Position numbers and translations under genes: made by a program. Positions 9,492 through 19,708 of a stretch of 64,000 nucleotides of DNA are shown piece after piece. This stretch comes from an uncultured Chlorobiota bacterium (GTDB taxonomy: Bacteria > Bacteroidota > Bacteroidia > Bacteroidales > JAADGE01), in the NCBI GenBank assembly GCA_947311445.1, contig CAMZKV010000004.1, forward strand, positions 5,364 to 69,363, written 5' to 3'. Each line of letters begins with the position of its first letter. The first letter of the stretch is position 1. The notes beneath the pieces were generated by a model that was not told the origin of the DNA, ran no database searches, and worked only from the letters and a program-made list of their open reading frames with translations.

Positions 9492-10145
9492 TTAGAATAT
9501 ATTTTTTGAAAAAATAAACTTTTTTATTTCTTCCAACTTATTAAAAACTTCAACGCCGCAGGTTTGCAACCTTTTTTTTGTATGGTGTCCATGAGAAATT
9601 AAAATGCAATTTATTCCCATAGCTTTCGCAACTTCTGCATCATGTTTAGTATCTCCAATCATTAATACTTTCTCTTTTTTTAAATTAATCTTTTTAATAA
9701 GTTTTAAACCAATATTAATTTTACCACCGGCATAGTGGTCGTTTAGGCCAATAATTTCTTCAAAATAATTAAAAATCTTAAAATATTTTAGTTCGTTTAA
9801 AAGCTGCTCTTCTTTTCTTGCTGACAAAACAGACTGTTTTACACCGGAATTATGTATGTCTTGCAAAATTTTATTTACTCCTTCATGAAGTGATGAGGTT
9901 TTAAGACGTTCATCGTATATTTTAATAAATTCAGTACCTACAATTTCAAATGATTCTTTTTTAAAATCAAAACCGGTTTTTTCATAATAATCTTTTACAG
10001 GAAAATCAAACATTTCTCTATATTTTTCAAGAGTCATTAAAGGTAATCTTCTTTTTGAAAGCATTCCGTTAATTACTTCAACACAAAGGTTTGCGTCGTT
10101 TAATAAGGTTCCATTATAATCCCAAATTATATGTTTATATTGCAT
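9492..10145 (-). CDS. HAD family hydrolase (phosphoglycolate phosphatase-like)
   Basis: 217 aa; HAD motif I IIWDYNGTL (DxN variant); motif IV MIGDTKHDAEVA. Confidence 0.75.
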   Translation of the reverse strand: MQYKHIIWDYNGTLLNDANLCVEVINGMLSKRRLPLMTLEKYREMFDFPVKDYYEKTGFDFKKESFEIVGTEFIKIYDERLKTSSLHEGVNKILQDIHNSGVKQSVLSARKEEQLLNELKYFKIFNYFEEIIGLNDHYAGGKINIGLKLIKKINLKKEKVLMIGDTKHDAEVAKAMGINCILISHGHHTKKRLQTCGVEVFNKLEEIKKFIFSKNIF

Positions 10146-10164
10146 AAATTGTTATTTTAAAAGT

Positions 10165-10172
10165 TATTTTTG
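10165..10172 (+). promoter_or_regulatory. -7 box for TonB-dependent receptor gene
   Basis: TATTTTTG, 27 nt before ATG 10200; overlaps the ORF-track TTG start. Confidence 0.5.
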
Positions 10173-10199
10173 TCAACTAAAATTTCAAAAATAAATAAA

Positions 10200-12287
10200 A
10201 TGAACAGAAAAGTTCTCATTATAAAAGAAATAATAACATTTAAAAAATGGTCTTCAAAATCTTGGAGTGTTTTTAGTTCTATAGGCAAACAAATAAAAAT
10301 TGCATTATTACCTCTTTCTTATTTTCTTAGTTCTTTTTTAACATTATCTGCTCAAACAGATACAATTTCCATTGAAGATATTCAAATTATTTCAGCAAGA
10401 GTGCCTACTCTGCAATCTGAATCGGCAAGAGTAATTTATACTATTGAAAAAAATGAAATTGAAGCTATGCCTGTTCACAGTTTACAAGATTTAATTGAAT
10501 ATGTTAGCAATGTAGATGTTAGGCAAAGAGGAACAGAAGGCATTCAAGCAGACATTAGTATTAGGGGAGGAAATTTTGAGCAAATTTTAATACTTCTTAA
10601 TGGATTTAAAATGAATGATGCTCAAACCGGACATCACAACATGAACCTTCCTATTGATATTGAGAGTATCGAAAAAATTGAAATTCTTCAAGGGCCAGGA
10701 AACAGAATTTTTGGAATTAATGCGTACAGCGGGGCGATAAACTTCATTACAAACACAGAAGCTGCAAAGAAACTTAAACTTTCCTTTTTTGCAGGTCAAA
10801 ACAATTACTTCGGAGGAAACATTGGCTTATTTTTTAATCAGAAAACTTGGAAAAACCATCTTTCTGTATCCCAAAAAACTAGTGATGGATATCTTTCAAA
10901 AGATTCTATAAACAATACAGATTTTAAAACATTAAATATTTTCTACGAAACTAAATATAAATATAAGAATATTAATTTTATTATTCAAACAGGGTTTTCT
11001 AATAAATCTTTTGGGGCAAATAGTTTTTACACACCAAAATATCCTTGGCAATACGAAAATACGAAAACATTTTTTGCAGGATACAAAACCATAAAAAAAG
11101 GGAAAAAATATAATTTTGTTAAAAGTTTTTTTTGGAGGAGGCATCAAGACAGATTTGAACTTTTTAGAGAAGACAAATATATACGAAAAGGAAATTATTT
11201 TATAAATAATAAAGATACAGCAGGTTTTGGCAGTGGTTACTTTTATAAAAGTCATAACTATCATAAAACTAACCTGATTTCTAGTATTTTGAAATATGAC
11301 ATTAAAACAATTGCCGGAAAAACAGGAATAGGGGCAGAATATAGGCACGTTTTTATAAAAAGTAATGTTCTTGGAAATGAAATGGAACACACAATTGATG
11401 TTCCTTTTGAGAAATTTGGAAAATACACAAAAGACGCAGACCGGTATAATGTAAATTTATATGCCGAACACGTTTTTAAATATAAAAGTTTTTTGATTGC
11501 AGGTGGTTTTTCTTCAAACTATAATAGCGACTTCAATTGGCACACAGCAGGAGGAATTGATGCAAGTTATAATTTTACAAATAATTTAAAAATATTTACT
11601 TCATTAAATCAAGCTTTAAGACTTCCCACCTTTACTGATCTTTATTATGACGGTCCTATAAACAAAGGAAATCCTGATTTAATGCCCGAAACAGCAATAA
11701 CTTATGAACTTGGATTAAAGTATAGAAAAAAAAGGTTAAGAATAGGTATAACAAGTTTTAAAAGAAATGGTAAAAACACAATAGATTGGGTAAGGCTTTC
11801 TGATACAGTTGATTGGCAAGCTCAAAACATTACAGAACTATCAACTTTTGGAGCTGAAATATCGGTATCATATATTCCTATAAAGAGTAAACTATTAAAA
11901 AAACTTTCCTTTTCATATTCATACATTAATATTTCAAAACAAAGTGGAAATTATATCTCAAAATATGCTTTGGATTATTTAAAACATAAAGCAATTTTTT
12001 CTTCACATCTTAAACTTTATAAAAGAATATATACAAGTTTTAATATTAGGTATGAAGACAGAGAAGGTTCTTTTGCAGTTTATAATTTATCCGAAGGAAA
12101 GTATATTGGAGAACAAAAATACAAAGCATTTATTATAGCAGATTTAAAAGTTTATTGGAAGAACAAGAACTGGGAAATATATTCCGTAATAAACAATATT
12201 TCAGATTCTAAATATTATGAGTTTGGTAATATATTAATGCCGGGCAGACAATTTAAGTTAGGAGTAAGATTTAATTTTAATCTTTAA
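10200..12287 (+). CDS. TonB-dependent receptor
   Basis: Plug motifs NVDVRQRGTEGIQADISIRGG and ILLNGFKMND; long beta-barrel; C-terminal FKLGVRFNFNL. Start moved from the ORF-track TTG at 10170 to the in-frame ATG at 10200, because 10165-10172 is a TAnnTTTG promoter box. Confidence 0.85.
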   Translation: MNRKVLIIKEIITFKKWSSKSWSVFSSIGKQIKIALLPLSYFLSSFLTLSAQTDTISIEDIQIISARVPTLQSESARVIYTIEKNEIEAMPVHSLQDLIEYVSNVDVRQRGTEGIQADISIRGGNFEQILILLNGFKMNDAQTGHHNMNLPIDIESIEKIEILQGPGNRIFGINAYSGAINFITNTEAAKKLKLSFFAGQNNYFGGNIGLFFNQKTWKNHLSVSQKTSDGYLSKDSINNTDFKTLNIFYETKYKYKNINFIIQTGFSNKSFGANSFYTPKYPWQYENTKTFFAGYKTIKKGKKYNFVKSFFWRRHQDRFELFREDKYIRKGNYFINNKDTAGFGSGYFYKSHNYHKTNLISSILKYDIKTIAGKTGIGAEYRHVFIKSNVLGNEMEHTIDVPFEKFGKYTKDADRYNVNLYAEHVFKYKSFLIAGGFSSNYNSDFNWHTAGGIDASYNFTNNLKIFTSLNQALRLPTFTDLYYDGPINKGNPDLMPETAITYELGLKYRKKRLRIGITSFKRNGKNTIDWVRLSDTVDWQAQNITELSTFGAEISVSYIPIKSKLLKKLSFSYSYINISKQSGNYISKYALDYLKHKAIFSSHLKLYKRIYTSFNIRYEDREGSFAVYNLSEGKYIGEQKYKAFIIADLKVYWKNKNWEIYSVINNISDSKYYEFGNILMPGRQFKLGVRFNFNL

Positions 12288-12293
12288 AATAAT

Positions 12294-12327
12294 AAATCGT
12301 TTCTTATTTTAAGAAACGATTTTAATT
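12294..12327. terminator. Bidirectional terminator between convergent OM genes
   Basis: AAATCGTTTCTT / AAGAAACGATTT perfect 12-bp stem with loop ATTTT; A/T runs on both sides. Confidence 0.75.
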
Positions 12328-12346
12328 TTATAATAATCTATAAGTT

Positions 12347-12946
12347 TTAGAATCTAAAATTAAGACCTGCAACTAAATAATAGGGTGAGCCAATTGAAAA
12401 TTCTGCATGAGCTCCAATATTATTAGTAAAATATCCTCTTATTCCAAAAGCAACTAATTGTGCAGCAAACCTTTTTCCAAGATAATCTTTTTCTAAGGTT
12501 CTTAATGTGGGTTTTAATGTTGGATCAGTTGTTTTAACATCAGTTCCCCATATTGTATATCCTAATCTCACTCCGGAATACATATCAATTCTATCAGAAC
12601 TTCCATAATGAAATAAACCTCTTATAGCAAAATTAGATCTTTTTATTTCTGCTGCAACAGAACCATCTGGAATACTAAACTTATATTCCTGATGAGAACC
12701 TGCCATTCCAACACTAATATTTTTTGTAAGCATATAGCCATAAGTCAATTGAAGAACAGGAGTTGATGAATACTTGTAATCGCTGGCTGTTTTCCCTTCT
12801 GAATAAGCAATTGCCCTAATTGCAACACCAACTATACTTATTCCGGCATCAATTCCAACTGTTGATTTGTAGTCTTGAGCAAAAATGCTGTTATTTGATA
12901 AATTTAAAACAGCTATTGCAATTGTAAAAATTAATGTCTTTTTCAT
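12347..12946 (-). CDS. Small outer-membrane beta-barrel protein
   Basis: 199 aa; signal peptide; alternating beta-strand pattern; aromatic C-terminus GLNFRF. Confidence 0.6.
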   Translation of the reverse strand: MKKTLIFTIAIAVLNLSNNSIFAQDYKSTVGIDAGISIVGVAIRAIAYSEGKTASDYKYSSTPVLQLTYGYMLTKNISVGMAGSHQEYKFSIPDGSVAAEIKRSNFAIRGLFHYGSSDRIDMYSGVRLGYTIWGTDVKTTDPTLKPTLRTLEKDYLGKRFAAQLVAFGIRGYFTNNIGAHAEFSIGSPYYLVAGLNFRF

Positions 12947-13186
12947 AATATTTTATAGTTAATATTGTGCTAATGTATTAAAATAAATATTAAAAAAGAA
13001 AGACTCACTTTTCAAAAAACAAAAAACTATAACAATTTTTGATTAAATATTAACGAATATAAAACATTTACGTACGAATATAAAATAAACACAGGCGAAA
13101 ATGTAAATAGTTAAATTGTAAAATAAAAAACACTTTTTTTTACAAATAATTAAAATCCTTAAATATTAATTTAAAAACCAAAAATT

Positions 13187-13972
13187 ATGAAGAAAAATTT
13201 TTTAAAACTTACTGCATTATTCTTTATTGCAGCAATTTTCACATTAACATCTTGCAAAAAAGGAGATGCTGATACTCAGTCTGCAGAAGACTCAGCAAGG
13301 GGTAGTTTTATTATGGCTGATGCATTTGCTCTTGGAAGCGATGGAAGAGGTGGTGGTAAAGCCTTAAAAAACAGATTTGATAAATGCACATTTACTTTTC
13401 ATCAGTTAGATAATGGCTTTGAATTAACATTTGATAATTGCACTGATGATGATGGGATAACAAGAAATGGAACAATTAGATTTACTGGAGATGAAAATAT
13501 TTATGATATGGAAGAAAGTGCTTCTTTTTTAATAGAATTTATAAACTTTACTATTGAAGATGAAGTTGTTGACGGAAAACTTTCTCTTAGTGTAGGAGCT
13601 GGAACTTTAGGAGCATTTTTAAAACTTGCAGCTACAAACTTAAAAATTACATACTCAAATGGAGAATATGTAAAATACAATACTGCTACTCTAAATTATG
13701 TTATCAACTATTTGAATGGTTTTAACATAGAGATTTCAGGAGCATCAGAAGGTATAAATAGAAATGGAGAAACCTTCTCAACAGAAACTGAGGGACTGAA
13801 AATCAATTTCTTTAGTACTTCCGGTGTATGTACATTCCCAACTGAAGGAACGATGACAATAAATGTTGAAGGAGAGAAAAATCCGGTAATTCTTGACTAT
13901 GGAGCAGGAGGATGCGGAGAAATCAAAGTTTCGCAAAAAAGGCACAAAGACGCTACAATTACAATTTTCTAA
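13187..13972 (+). CDS. Hypothetical lipoprotein
   Basis: 261 aa; signal peptide with lipobox LTSC; no recognisable catalytic motif. Confidence 0.55.
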   Translation: MKKNFLKLTALFFIAAIFTLTSCKKGDADTQSAEDSARGSFIMADAFALGSDGRGGGKALKNRFDKCTFTFHQLDNGFELTFDNCTDDDGITRNGTIRFTGDENIYDMEESASFLIEFINFTIEDEVVDGKLSLSVGAGTLGAFLKLAATNLKITYSNGEYVKYNTATLNYVINYLNGFNIEISGASEGINRNGETFSTETEGLKINFFSTSGVCTFPTEGTMTINVEGEKNPVILDYGAGGCGEIKVSQKRHKDATITIF

Positions 13973-14246
13973 TAAAATAAAAATGTTAATAAGATAAGTT
14001 CGATATAAGATTTACTCCTCATAGTTTTAGGCACTAACATAAATTTTATATTGAACTTGTTTTGTTATGAAGCTAGTATAAGTTTCTAAAAATCAAGCAC
14101 TTCATTTTTTTTGCTAAGATATGAATATAAAACAGGAGCAAATATAGAAGCATGCAGAAAATATCCTGAGAGTTTAATAGCTTATAATTTTATTTCTGAA
14201 AATAAAGAATAGAGAGCTGTTGCTAATTATGAATTTCTAATAAAAT

Positions 14247-15416
14247 TTATTTATTTTTTCTCCTTTTTATCTCAGTAGAAATTAAAAAGAGTTCTCTGCT
14301 TGTTTGTCCTTCAACAGATGTGTTTTCTTCTGCTCTTCTGAATAAATAAGGTAAAACATGCTTAACCGGACCATATGGTAAATATTTAGCCACATTGTAT
14401 TTATCTTTTGCCATATTAAAACTTATATTGTCACTCATTCCGTATAGTTGTGAGAACCAAAACCTGTTATCGTCAGAACTTATATTATTCTCCTCCATTA
14501 ATTCTGCTAAAAGCAAACTGCTTTTTTCATTATGAGTTCCGTTAAAAATTGATACAATTTCTCTTTTTTTAAATGCAAATTTTAGTGCATTGTTATATGA
14601 CATATCTGTTTCAGCTTTGTCTTTACAAATTGGAGACTCGTAGCCTTTTTCTATTGCTCTTGCTCTTTCTTTTTCCATGTATGCACCTCTCACAAACTTT
14701 GCTCCTAGATAATAATTCCCTTTTACAGCTTTATCGTAAGCCATTTTTAAATGTCCTAACCTGTCGTTTCTATACATTTGCCATGTATTAAAAACAATTG
14801 CTTTTTCTTTATTATATAACTGCATCATTTCTTCGGTAGTTTCATCAATAAAATTCTGATACCAAGAATCTTCTGCATCAATCAAAATAGGAATATCTGC
14901 TTCAAATGCAGCTTTGCAAAGAGTATTTACCCTGTTTTTAAAATTTTGAGCCTCTTTTTTTTCTTCCTCAGACATTTTCTCTCGGGCACTTGCTTTTGTT
15001 AAAACATTAGAAGTTGTAAATGCGGTAGGTTTAAAAACTGCAAAAGGAATATTTGAATTTTGTCCTGCATTTTTAATAGAATTTAATGTTTCTTCAAGAG
15101 CTTTATTTATGTCTTCAATTGATTCTTTCCCTTCAACCGAATAATCAAGAATTGCTTTTACATTAAATTTTGAAAGTAGTTTTACAGTTGGAGAACATTC
15201 AGTAATTGTTTCTCCTCCAACAAACAATTTATAGATAGTTGGTTTAACAAACCATTTAACAGGAAACCTTATAGACATAGCAAATTGAGTTAACACTTTT
15301 GAAATTTTAGTTATTAACTTACTTGCCATAACCCTATATAAAAACCTTGCTTTTATTAAATCAGTATTTGATTTTGAAACAAATGCAATTTCTGTATTTT
15401 TAAAATCAATATTCAT
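14247..15416 (-). CDS. Proline dehydrogenase (monofunctional PRODH)
   Basis: 389 aa; PRODH barrel motifs VRGAYMEKER and FSQLYGMSD. Confidence 0.8.
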   Translation of the reverse strand: MNIDFKNTEIAFVSKSNTDLIKARFLYRVMASKLITKISKVLTQFAMSIRFPVKWFVKPTIYKLFVGGETITECSPTVKLLSKFNVKAILDYSVEGKESIEDINKALEETLNSIKNAGQNSNIPFAVFKPTAFTTSNVLTKASAREKMSEEEKKEAQNFKNRVNTLCKAAFEADIPILIDAEDSWYQNFIDETTEEMMQLYNKEKAIVFNTWQMYRNDRLGHLKMAYDKAVKGNYYLGAKFVRGAYMEKERARAIEKGYESPICKDKAETDMSYNNALKFAFKKREIVSIFNGTHNEKSSLLLAELMEENNISSDDNRFWFSQLYGMSDNISFNMAKDKYNVAKYLPYGPVKHVLPYLFRRAEENTSVEGQTSRELFLISTEIKRRKNK

Positions 15417-15436
15417 AACGTGTTTTTAAATTCTTA

Positions 15437-15444
15437 CAAAATTA
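15437..15444 (-). promoter_or_regulatory. -7 box for proline dehydrogenase gene
   Basis: TAATTTTG on the minus strand, 20 nt before the ATG. Confidence 0.5.
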
Positions 15445-15539
15445 ATAATTTATAGTCTTTCTCTAGCAAAACTTTAAATATTATAAAACATCATTTTGAA
15501 AAAAAAAGTTAATTTCGCATAATCTTTTATGCAAAAATA

Positions 15540-16604
15540 ATGATTGAAAACTATAGATACCATGATATTATTCATACAATAAATATTGCTTTTGATTTAA
15601 AGAAAATTATTAAAAATTATTCTTCAATATATCTTTTAACAGACACAAATTGTTTTGAAAAATGTTTTCCTAAAATTAAAGATGCAATTTCTGAGCAAAC
15701 ACATATATATATTATTGAAGCAGGAGAAAAAAATAAATCTTTTGAAACATTACAATTAATTTGGAGTTTTTTAATAGAAGAACATGCTAATAGGAGCTCG
15801 TTGTTAATAAACCTTGGAGGAGGTGTTGTTTCTGATATAGGAGGATTTGCGGCATCTACATTTAAAAGAGGAATAGATTTTATAAATATACCAACAACAC
15901 TTTTATCACAAGTTGATGCTTCGGCAGGAGGAAAAAACGGGATAAATTTTAATGGATTAAAAAATGAAATAGGAATAATAAATCAAGCCAATAAGGTTAT
16001 AATATCTCCAATTTTTCTAGAAACTTTGGAAAATGATGAATTTTTATCCGGTTTTGCTGAAATGCTAAAGCATTCTTTAATTTATGACAGAGAATATTTT
16101 GAAGAGTTAAAATCTTTTTTTTATTCTGATTTTAAAAAGAAAGATTTTAGCAAAATTTCAGAATTAATTAAAAGTTCTGTTCTAATAAAAGAGCATTTTG
16201 TAAAAAATGATATTAATGATAAAGGAATTAGACAAACACTAAACTTTGGGCATACTTTTGGCCATGCTTTTGAAAGTCTAATAAATAAAAGTGATAAACC
16301 TAATATAAAACACGGCGAAGCAGTTGCATACGGAATTGTTTATGAGTTGCACCTTTCTGTAAAAAAAGTAAATTTTCCCGAAATAGACTTAATTGAGATT
16401 TCTAAGTTCATTTTTGACATTTTTGGAGAATTTTCTATTGAAAAAGAGCAAAACAAAGATATTTATGATTTTATCTTGCACGATAAAAAAAATACACATA
16501 AAGAAATTAATTGTATTCTTTTAAAAAATATTGGGTCACCCCTAATCAGTAATAAAATTAGTAAAAATGAAATATTTGAGACTCTTAAAACTGTTAGTAT
16601 TTAA
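15540..16604 (+). CDS. aroB: 3-dehydroquinate synthase
   Basis: 354 aa; GGGVVSDIGGFAASTFKRGIDFINIPTTLLSQVDAS nucleotide-binding block; metal ligands in LNFGHTFGHAFE. Confidence 0.9.
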   Translation: MIENYRYHDIIHTINIAFDLKKIIKNYSSIYLLTDTNCFEKCFPKIKDAISEQTHIYIIEAGEKNKSFETLQLIWSFLIEEHANRSSLLINLGGGVVSDIGGFAASTFKRGIDFINIPTTLLSQVDASAGGKNGINFNGLKNEIGIINQANKVIISPIFLETLENDEFLSGFAEMLKHSLIYDREYFEELKSFFYSDFKKKDFSKISELIKSSVLIKEHFVKNDINDKGIRQTLNFGHTFGHAFESLINKSDKPNIKHGEAVAYGIVYELHLSVKKVNFPEIDLIEISKFIFDIFGEFSIEKEQNKDIYDFILHDKKNTHKEINCILLKNIGSPLISNKISKNEIFETLKTVSI

Positions 16605-16700
16605 ATGTTAGTTTGAATTAATTTAATTTTTGGTATCTATTTTGCTAAAACTATTTATAAAAAAAAATAAAATATTATTTTAATATCCAACGTTAATATT

Positions 16701-16708
16701 TATATTTG
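16701..16708 (+). promoter_or_regulatory. -7 box for porP/sprF-family gene
   Basis: TATATTTG, 23 nt before TTG start 16732. Confidence 0.5.
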
Positions 16709-16731
16709 TACTTATCTTAAAAACAGGTAAA

Positions 16732-17766
16732 TTGAAAAAAATAGTCGGATTTTTATTGATTTTGCTATTATCATTGCAAATTGGAACTTCTCAGATAGCT
16801 CATTATTCTCAGTTTTATTCCACCCCAATGACAATTGCACCATCTTTTGCAGGTTTAACTGAAGCAAGTAGATTGTCTGTAAATTACAGAGATCAATGGC
16901 CTGCTGTACCTGGTGTTTTCAGAACTATGTCCGTGGGTGTTGACCATTATTTTTCTCGTGCAAAAAGTGGAGTTGGTATTTTAATTTTTAGAGATGTTGC
17001 TGGTGTTGGTAATTTAGGATTAACCGAAGCCGGTTTGCAATACTCTTACAAATTAAAAGTTGGACAAAAAAGAGGAAATAGAAATTCTGAATGGTTTTTA
17101 AGACCAGGAATTCAATTCAAATATTCTCAACGTTCTATTGATTTTGAAAAACTAACTTTTGGAGACCAATTGTTGGGGCAATCATCTACATCACATGCAC
17201 CTCCTCTTTCAAATAAATCATATATTGATTTTACAGCATCTTTAATGGGTTATACTGATTTGTATTGGGGCGGTTTCTCTGTTGATCATCTTTTAAAACC
17301 AAGCCAGTCATTATACGGAGACCAATCATACAGAATGAAAATGAAATTTAATGTTTTTGGTGGTGCAAAAGTAATGCTGAAAAGACAAAAAAATAGAAGA
17401 GTCAGATACGGAAGAGAAAATGAAAATGTAACTTTTGCGATAAATTATCAATACTGGGATAAATTTGACCAATTAGATATAGGAGCATACTGGACTAGAG
17501 ACCCATTAATTTTAGGTGCTTGGTTTAGGGGTATTCCAATTGTTGACAAAAAATATCAGTCTTTTAATAATATTGACGCTATTATTGTATTGGTTGGATT
17601 TAAACTTTCTCCAAATTTAAAAATTGGATATAGCTACGATATGACAATTATAAGAAATTTATTTAGTCATACAGGTGGAGCACATGAAATATCTCTTGTT
17701 TGGGAATTTAATAAAGGACTTGATAAACGCTACAAACACACTATTATTCCTTGTCCGAGTTTCTAA
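16732..17766 (+). CDS. PorP/SprF family type IX secretion system membrane protein
   Basis: 344 aa; TTG start; signal peptide; N-terminal AHYSQFYSTPMTIAPSFAG motif typical of PorP/SprF; beta-barrel pattern. Confidence 0.8.
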   Translation: MKKIVGFLLILLLSLQIGTSQIAHYSQFYSTPMTIAPSFAGLTEASRLSVNYRDQWPAVPGVFRTMSVGVDHYFSRAKSGVGILIFRDVAGVGNLGLTEAGLQYSYKLKVGQKRGNRNSEWFLRPGIQFKYSQRSIDFEKLTFGDQLLGQSSTSHAPPLSNKSYIDFTASLMGYTDLYWGGFSVDHLLKPSQSLYGDQSYRMKMKFNVFGGAKVMLKRQKNRRVRYGRENENVTFAINYQYWDKFDQLDIGAYWTRDPLILGAWFRGIPIVDKKYQSFNNIDAIIVLVGFKLSPNLKIGYSYDMTIIRNLFSHTGGAHEISLVWEFNKGLDKRYKHTIIPCPSF

Positions 17767-17782
17767 AAACATTATAAGATAA

Positions 17783-17816
17783 AAAAATGCGATTCAATAA
17801 GAATCGCATTTTTTAT
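17783..17816. terminator. Bidirectional terminator between porP/sprF and hsp20
   Basis: AAAAATGCGATTC-AATAA-GAATCGCATTTTT hairpin with flanking A and T runs. Confidence 0.8.
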
Positions 17817-17831
17817 TTGTTTTGAGAAATA

Positions 17832-18263
17832 TTATTTAATCTCAATTTTTCTTGGAGGCTTAATGATTTCCTCTTCTTTTTTATTGATTGTAATTTTTAA
17901 AATACCATCAATGGATTTTGCCTCAATTTTTTCAACATCTGCCGATTCAGGTAATGTAAATGCTCTTGAAAAACTATTAAATTGATACTCTCTTTTAGTG
18001 CAATTTTCTCCTTCATCTACATTTTCAATTTCTTTTTCTGCCGAAATTGTAAGAACATCATTTTCTAGGTTTATTTTGATGTCTTCTTTGCTTAATCCGG
18101 GAGCTGCAAGTTCAATTCTGAAATCTTTTTCTGTCTCAAAAACATTCACCATTGGAATTGTTGAAATTCTTGATTTTGTTAACGGATTAATTTCTCCTGA
18201 AAAAAAATCTTCCATCCAATCAGGAAAAAATGGTGAGCTAATGTCTCTTCTTACTAATGTCAT
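17832..18263 (-). CDS. Hsp20/alpha-crystallin family small heat-shock protein
   Basis: 143 aa; alpha-crystallin domain FRIELAAPGLSKEDIKINLENDVLTISAEK ... DGILKITI. Confidence 0.9.
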   Translation of the reverse strand: MTLVRRDISSPFFPDWMEDFFSGEINPLTKSRISTIPMVNVFETEKDFRIELAAPGLSKEDIKINLENDVLTISAEKEIENVDEGENCTKREYQFNSFSRAFTLPESADVEKIEAKSIDGILKITINKKEEEIIKPPRKIEIK

Positions 18264-18506
18264 AATTTCTATATTTTTAGTTAATAATTTGTTTAATGTT
18301 TCACAAAAAACATATCAATTCTAATACCGAATAAAAAAAATGACAAAAAGCAAGTAAAAAACAATTGTTTAATGACATTATGTCGCTAATATGAAGGTGT
18401 GGTGCGACATTTTGGCGTTTTATATAAGAATAAATTCAAAATAATTAATAAGAATTTGTTGGTAGAGTAGGGGTAAGGTGTCAGAATTTATTGAATTCTA
18501 GTAGTA

Positions 18507-19685
18507 TTAATGTTTTTTGAAAATAAGAAAGGATCTTAAAGTTAATATCATAACAACAGGAATTGTGGAATAATCATATAAATGCATCAAAAATATATCG
18601 CTAATTATACTTAAAAACATTATAATTGACATTATAAGAAAGAATATTTTAAGGTAGTTTTTATTTCTATTTTCTTTTAATTTGAATGATGCAATTAAAA
18701 ACAGAGGCATTGCCCAAACTAAATTCCAATTTTTAATTGTAGTACTGTGTTCAGTTCCAAACCATAATAGCAAAAGTATAACACCAACTATTCCGGAAAT
18801 AAAGAATATTGCTTTGTCTAACAATACATAATATTTACTATTTTTATACTCTAAAAAACTAAAAATTAAAAAGAATAAAAATAAAAATGAAAGAACAAAA
18901 ACTGGTCTAAGTATAGAATTATTAGTTCTTTTATTAATGTTTTTTGGTTCAAATATCATCAAGGTCTTTTTTACAAGTGGTTTTTGAGCTCCATTAATAT
19001 TCAAAACTGCATTTTCAAACATAAAATTAAGATAATCGGGCAAGAATGTTGCTTCTTCGGCACTAACAACCTTGTCGGTTGGTTGTCCGAGTGCTAGATT
19101 AATTCCATAGCGTTCCCAATTTTTTCCTATTAAGTATTTATGAATTAAGTGTCTAAAAGTTTCATTTTCTTCCGTTATATTTTTAGGAAGCTTTAAATCA
19201 TCTTTTAGAACATCTTTTATAACATCCTTTACTCTTGTTGCACAATTATCATAAAAAAAGTCATATCTATAATATTTATTCTCTGGCAATAAATTATTTT
19301 CAAGAAATAAGAAAACATCATCTTTTTGAGATTGAGACAAATCTAAAACTTGCTCTTTTATCCATCTGTTCTCATTTATATACGGAATTATAAAGTATTT
19401 ATATCGACTTGCACTCAGCATATAATCCAATTGACCTCTTACAAATTTGAGATAAAAGTTAGGAGTTTCAAAATTAAAGGTTCCATAATTATATACTTTA
19501 TCTATTCTTAATGCCGGATCTTTTATTCTAATTGCTGAATGTCCAAAGGTGGAGTATAAATCATCTCCAGGGGCACAGGTTAAAACGCTAATTTCTGCAT
19601 AATTAGATAAACTTTGAGATTTAAGATTATAATCATTAAGAAATAAGAATATTATTAATACTAAATAAAATGCCTTTTTAACCAT
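18507..19685 (-). CDS. DUF4105 (Lnb N-terminal domain) membrane protein
   Basis: 392 aa; signal peptide; SVLTCAPGDDLYSTFGHSAIRI motif typical of DUF4105; four to five C-terminal TM helices. Confidence 0.75.
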   Translation of the reverse strand: MVKKAFYLVLIIFLFLNDYNLKSQSLSNYAEISVLTCAPGDDLYSTFGHSAIRIKDPALRIDKVYNYGTFNFETPNFYLKFVRGQLDYMLSASRYKYFIIPYINENRWIKEQVLDLSQSQKDDVFLFLENNLLPENKYYRYDFFYDNCATRVKDVIKDVLKDDLKLPKNITEENETFRHLIHKYLIGKNWERYGINLALGQPTDKVVSAEEATFLPDYLNFMFENAVLNINGAQKPLVKKTLMIFEPKNINKRTNNSILRPVFVLSFLFLFFLIFSFLEYKNSKYYVLLDKAIFFISGIVGVILLLLWFGTEHSTTIKNWNLVWAMPLFLIASFKLKENRNKNYLKIFFLIMSIIMFLSIISDIFLMHLYDYSTIPVVMILTLRSFLIFKKH

Positions 19686-19708
19686 GAAAGAAATATTAAT
19701 TTATTGAG

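Noticed and set aside
10146-10199. I looked for riboswitches upstream of transport genes: cobalamin upstream of the TonB-dependent receptor, M-box upstream of mgtE (21071-21145), and yybP-ykoY upstream of the NRAMP gene (61095-61313).
   Set aside because: The spacers are too short (54 and 75 nt) or lack the conserved G-rich cores of those riboswitch classes. No structured leader is evident by eye.
13973-14246. A 274-bp convergent spacer with an imperfect hairpin (AAGTTCGATATAAGATTT … AAATTTTATATTGAACTT, about 14007-14060) and a second stem followed by T8 (about 14069-14115). Possible small RNA.
   Set aside because: The stems are AT-rich and imperfect. They are most simply explained as terminators for the flanking convergent genes. 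There is no promoter box or conserved motif to support an RNA gene.
18297-18312. A parS-like 16-mer, TGTTTCACAAAAAACA, upstream of hsp20. It matches the Firmicutes-type parS TGTTTCACGTGAAACA at 13/16 positions, with a perfect left half.
   Set aside because: The central CGTG core and the dyad symmetry are broken. A perfect 8-mer half-site is expected about once or twice by chance in 64 kb of this composition. I noticed no perfect parS near parAB either.
17998-18324. A 108-aa plus-strand ORF overlapping hsp20.
   Set aside because: It is antisense to a clear alpha-crystallin gene and extends into the hsp20 promoter region. The sequence is low-complexity.
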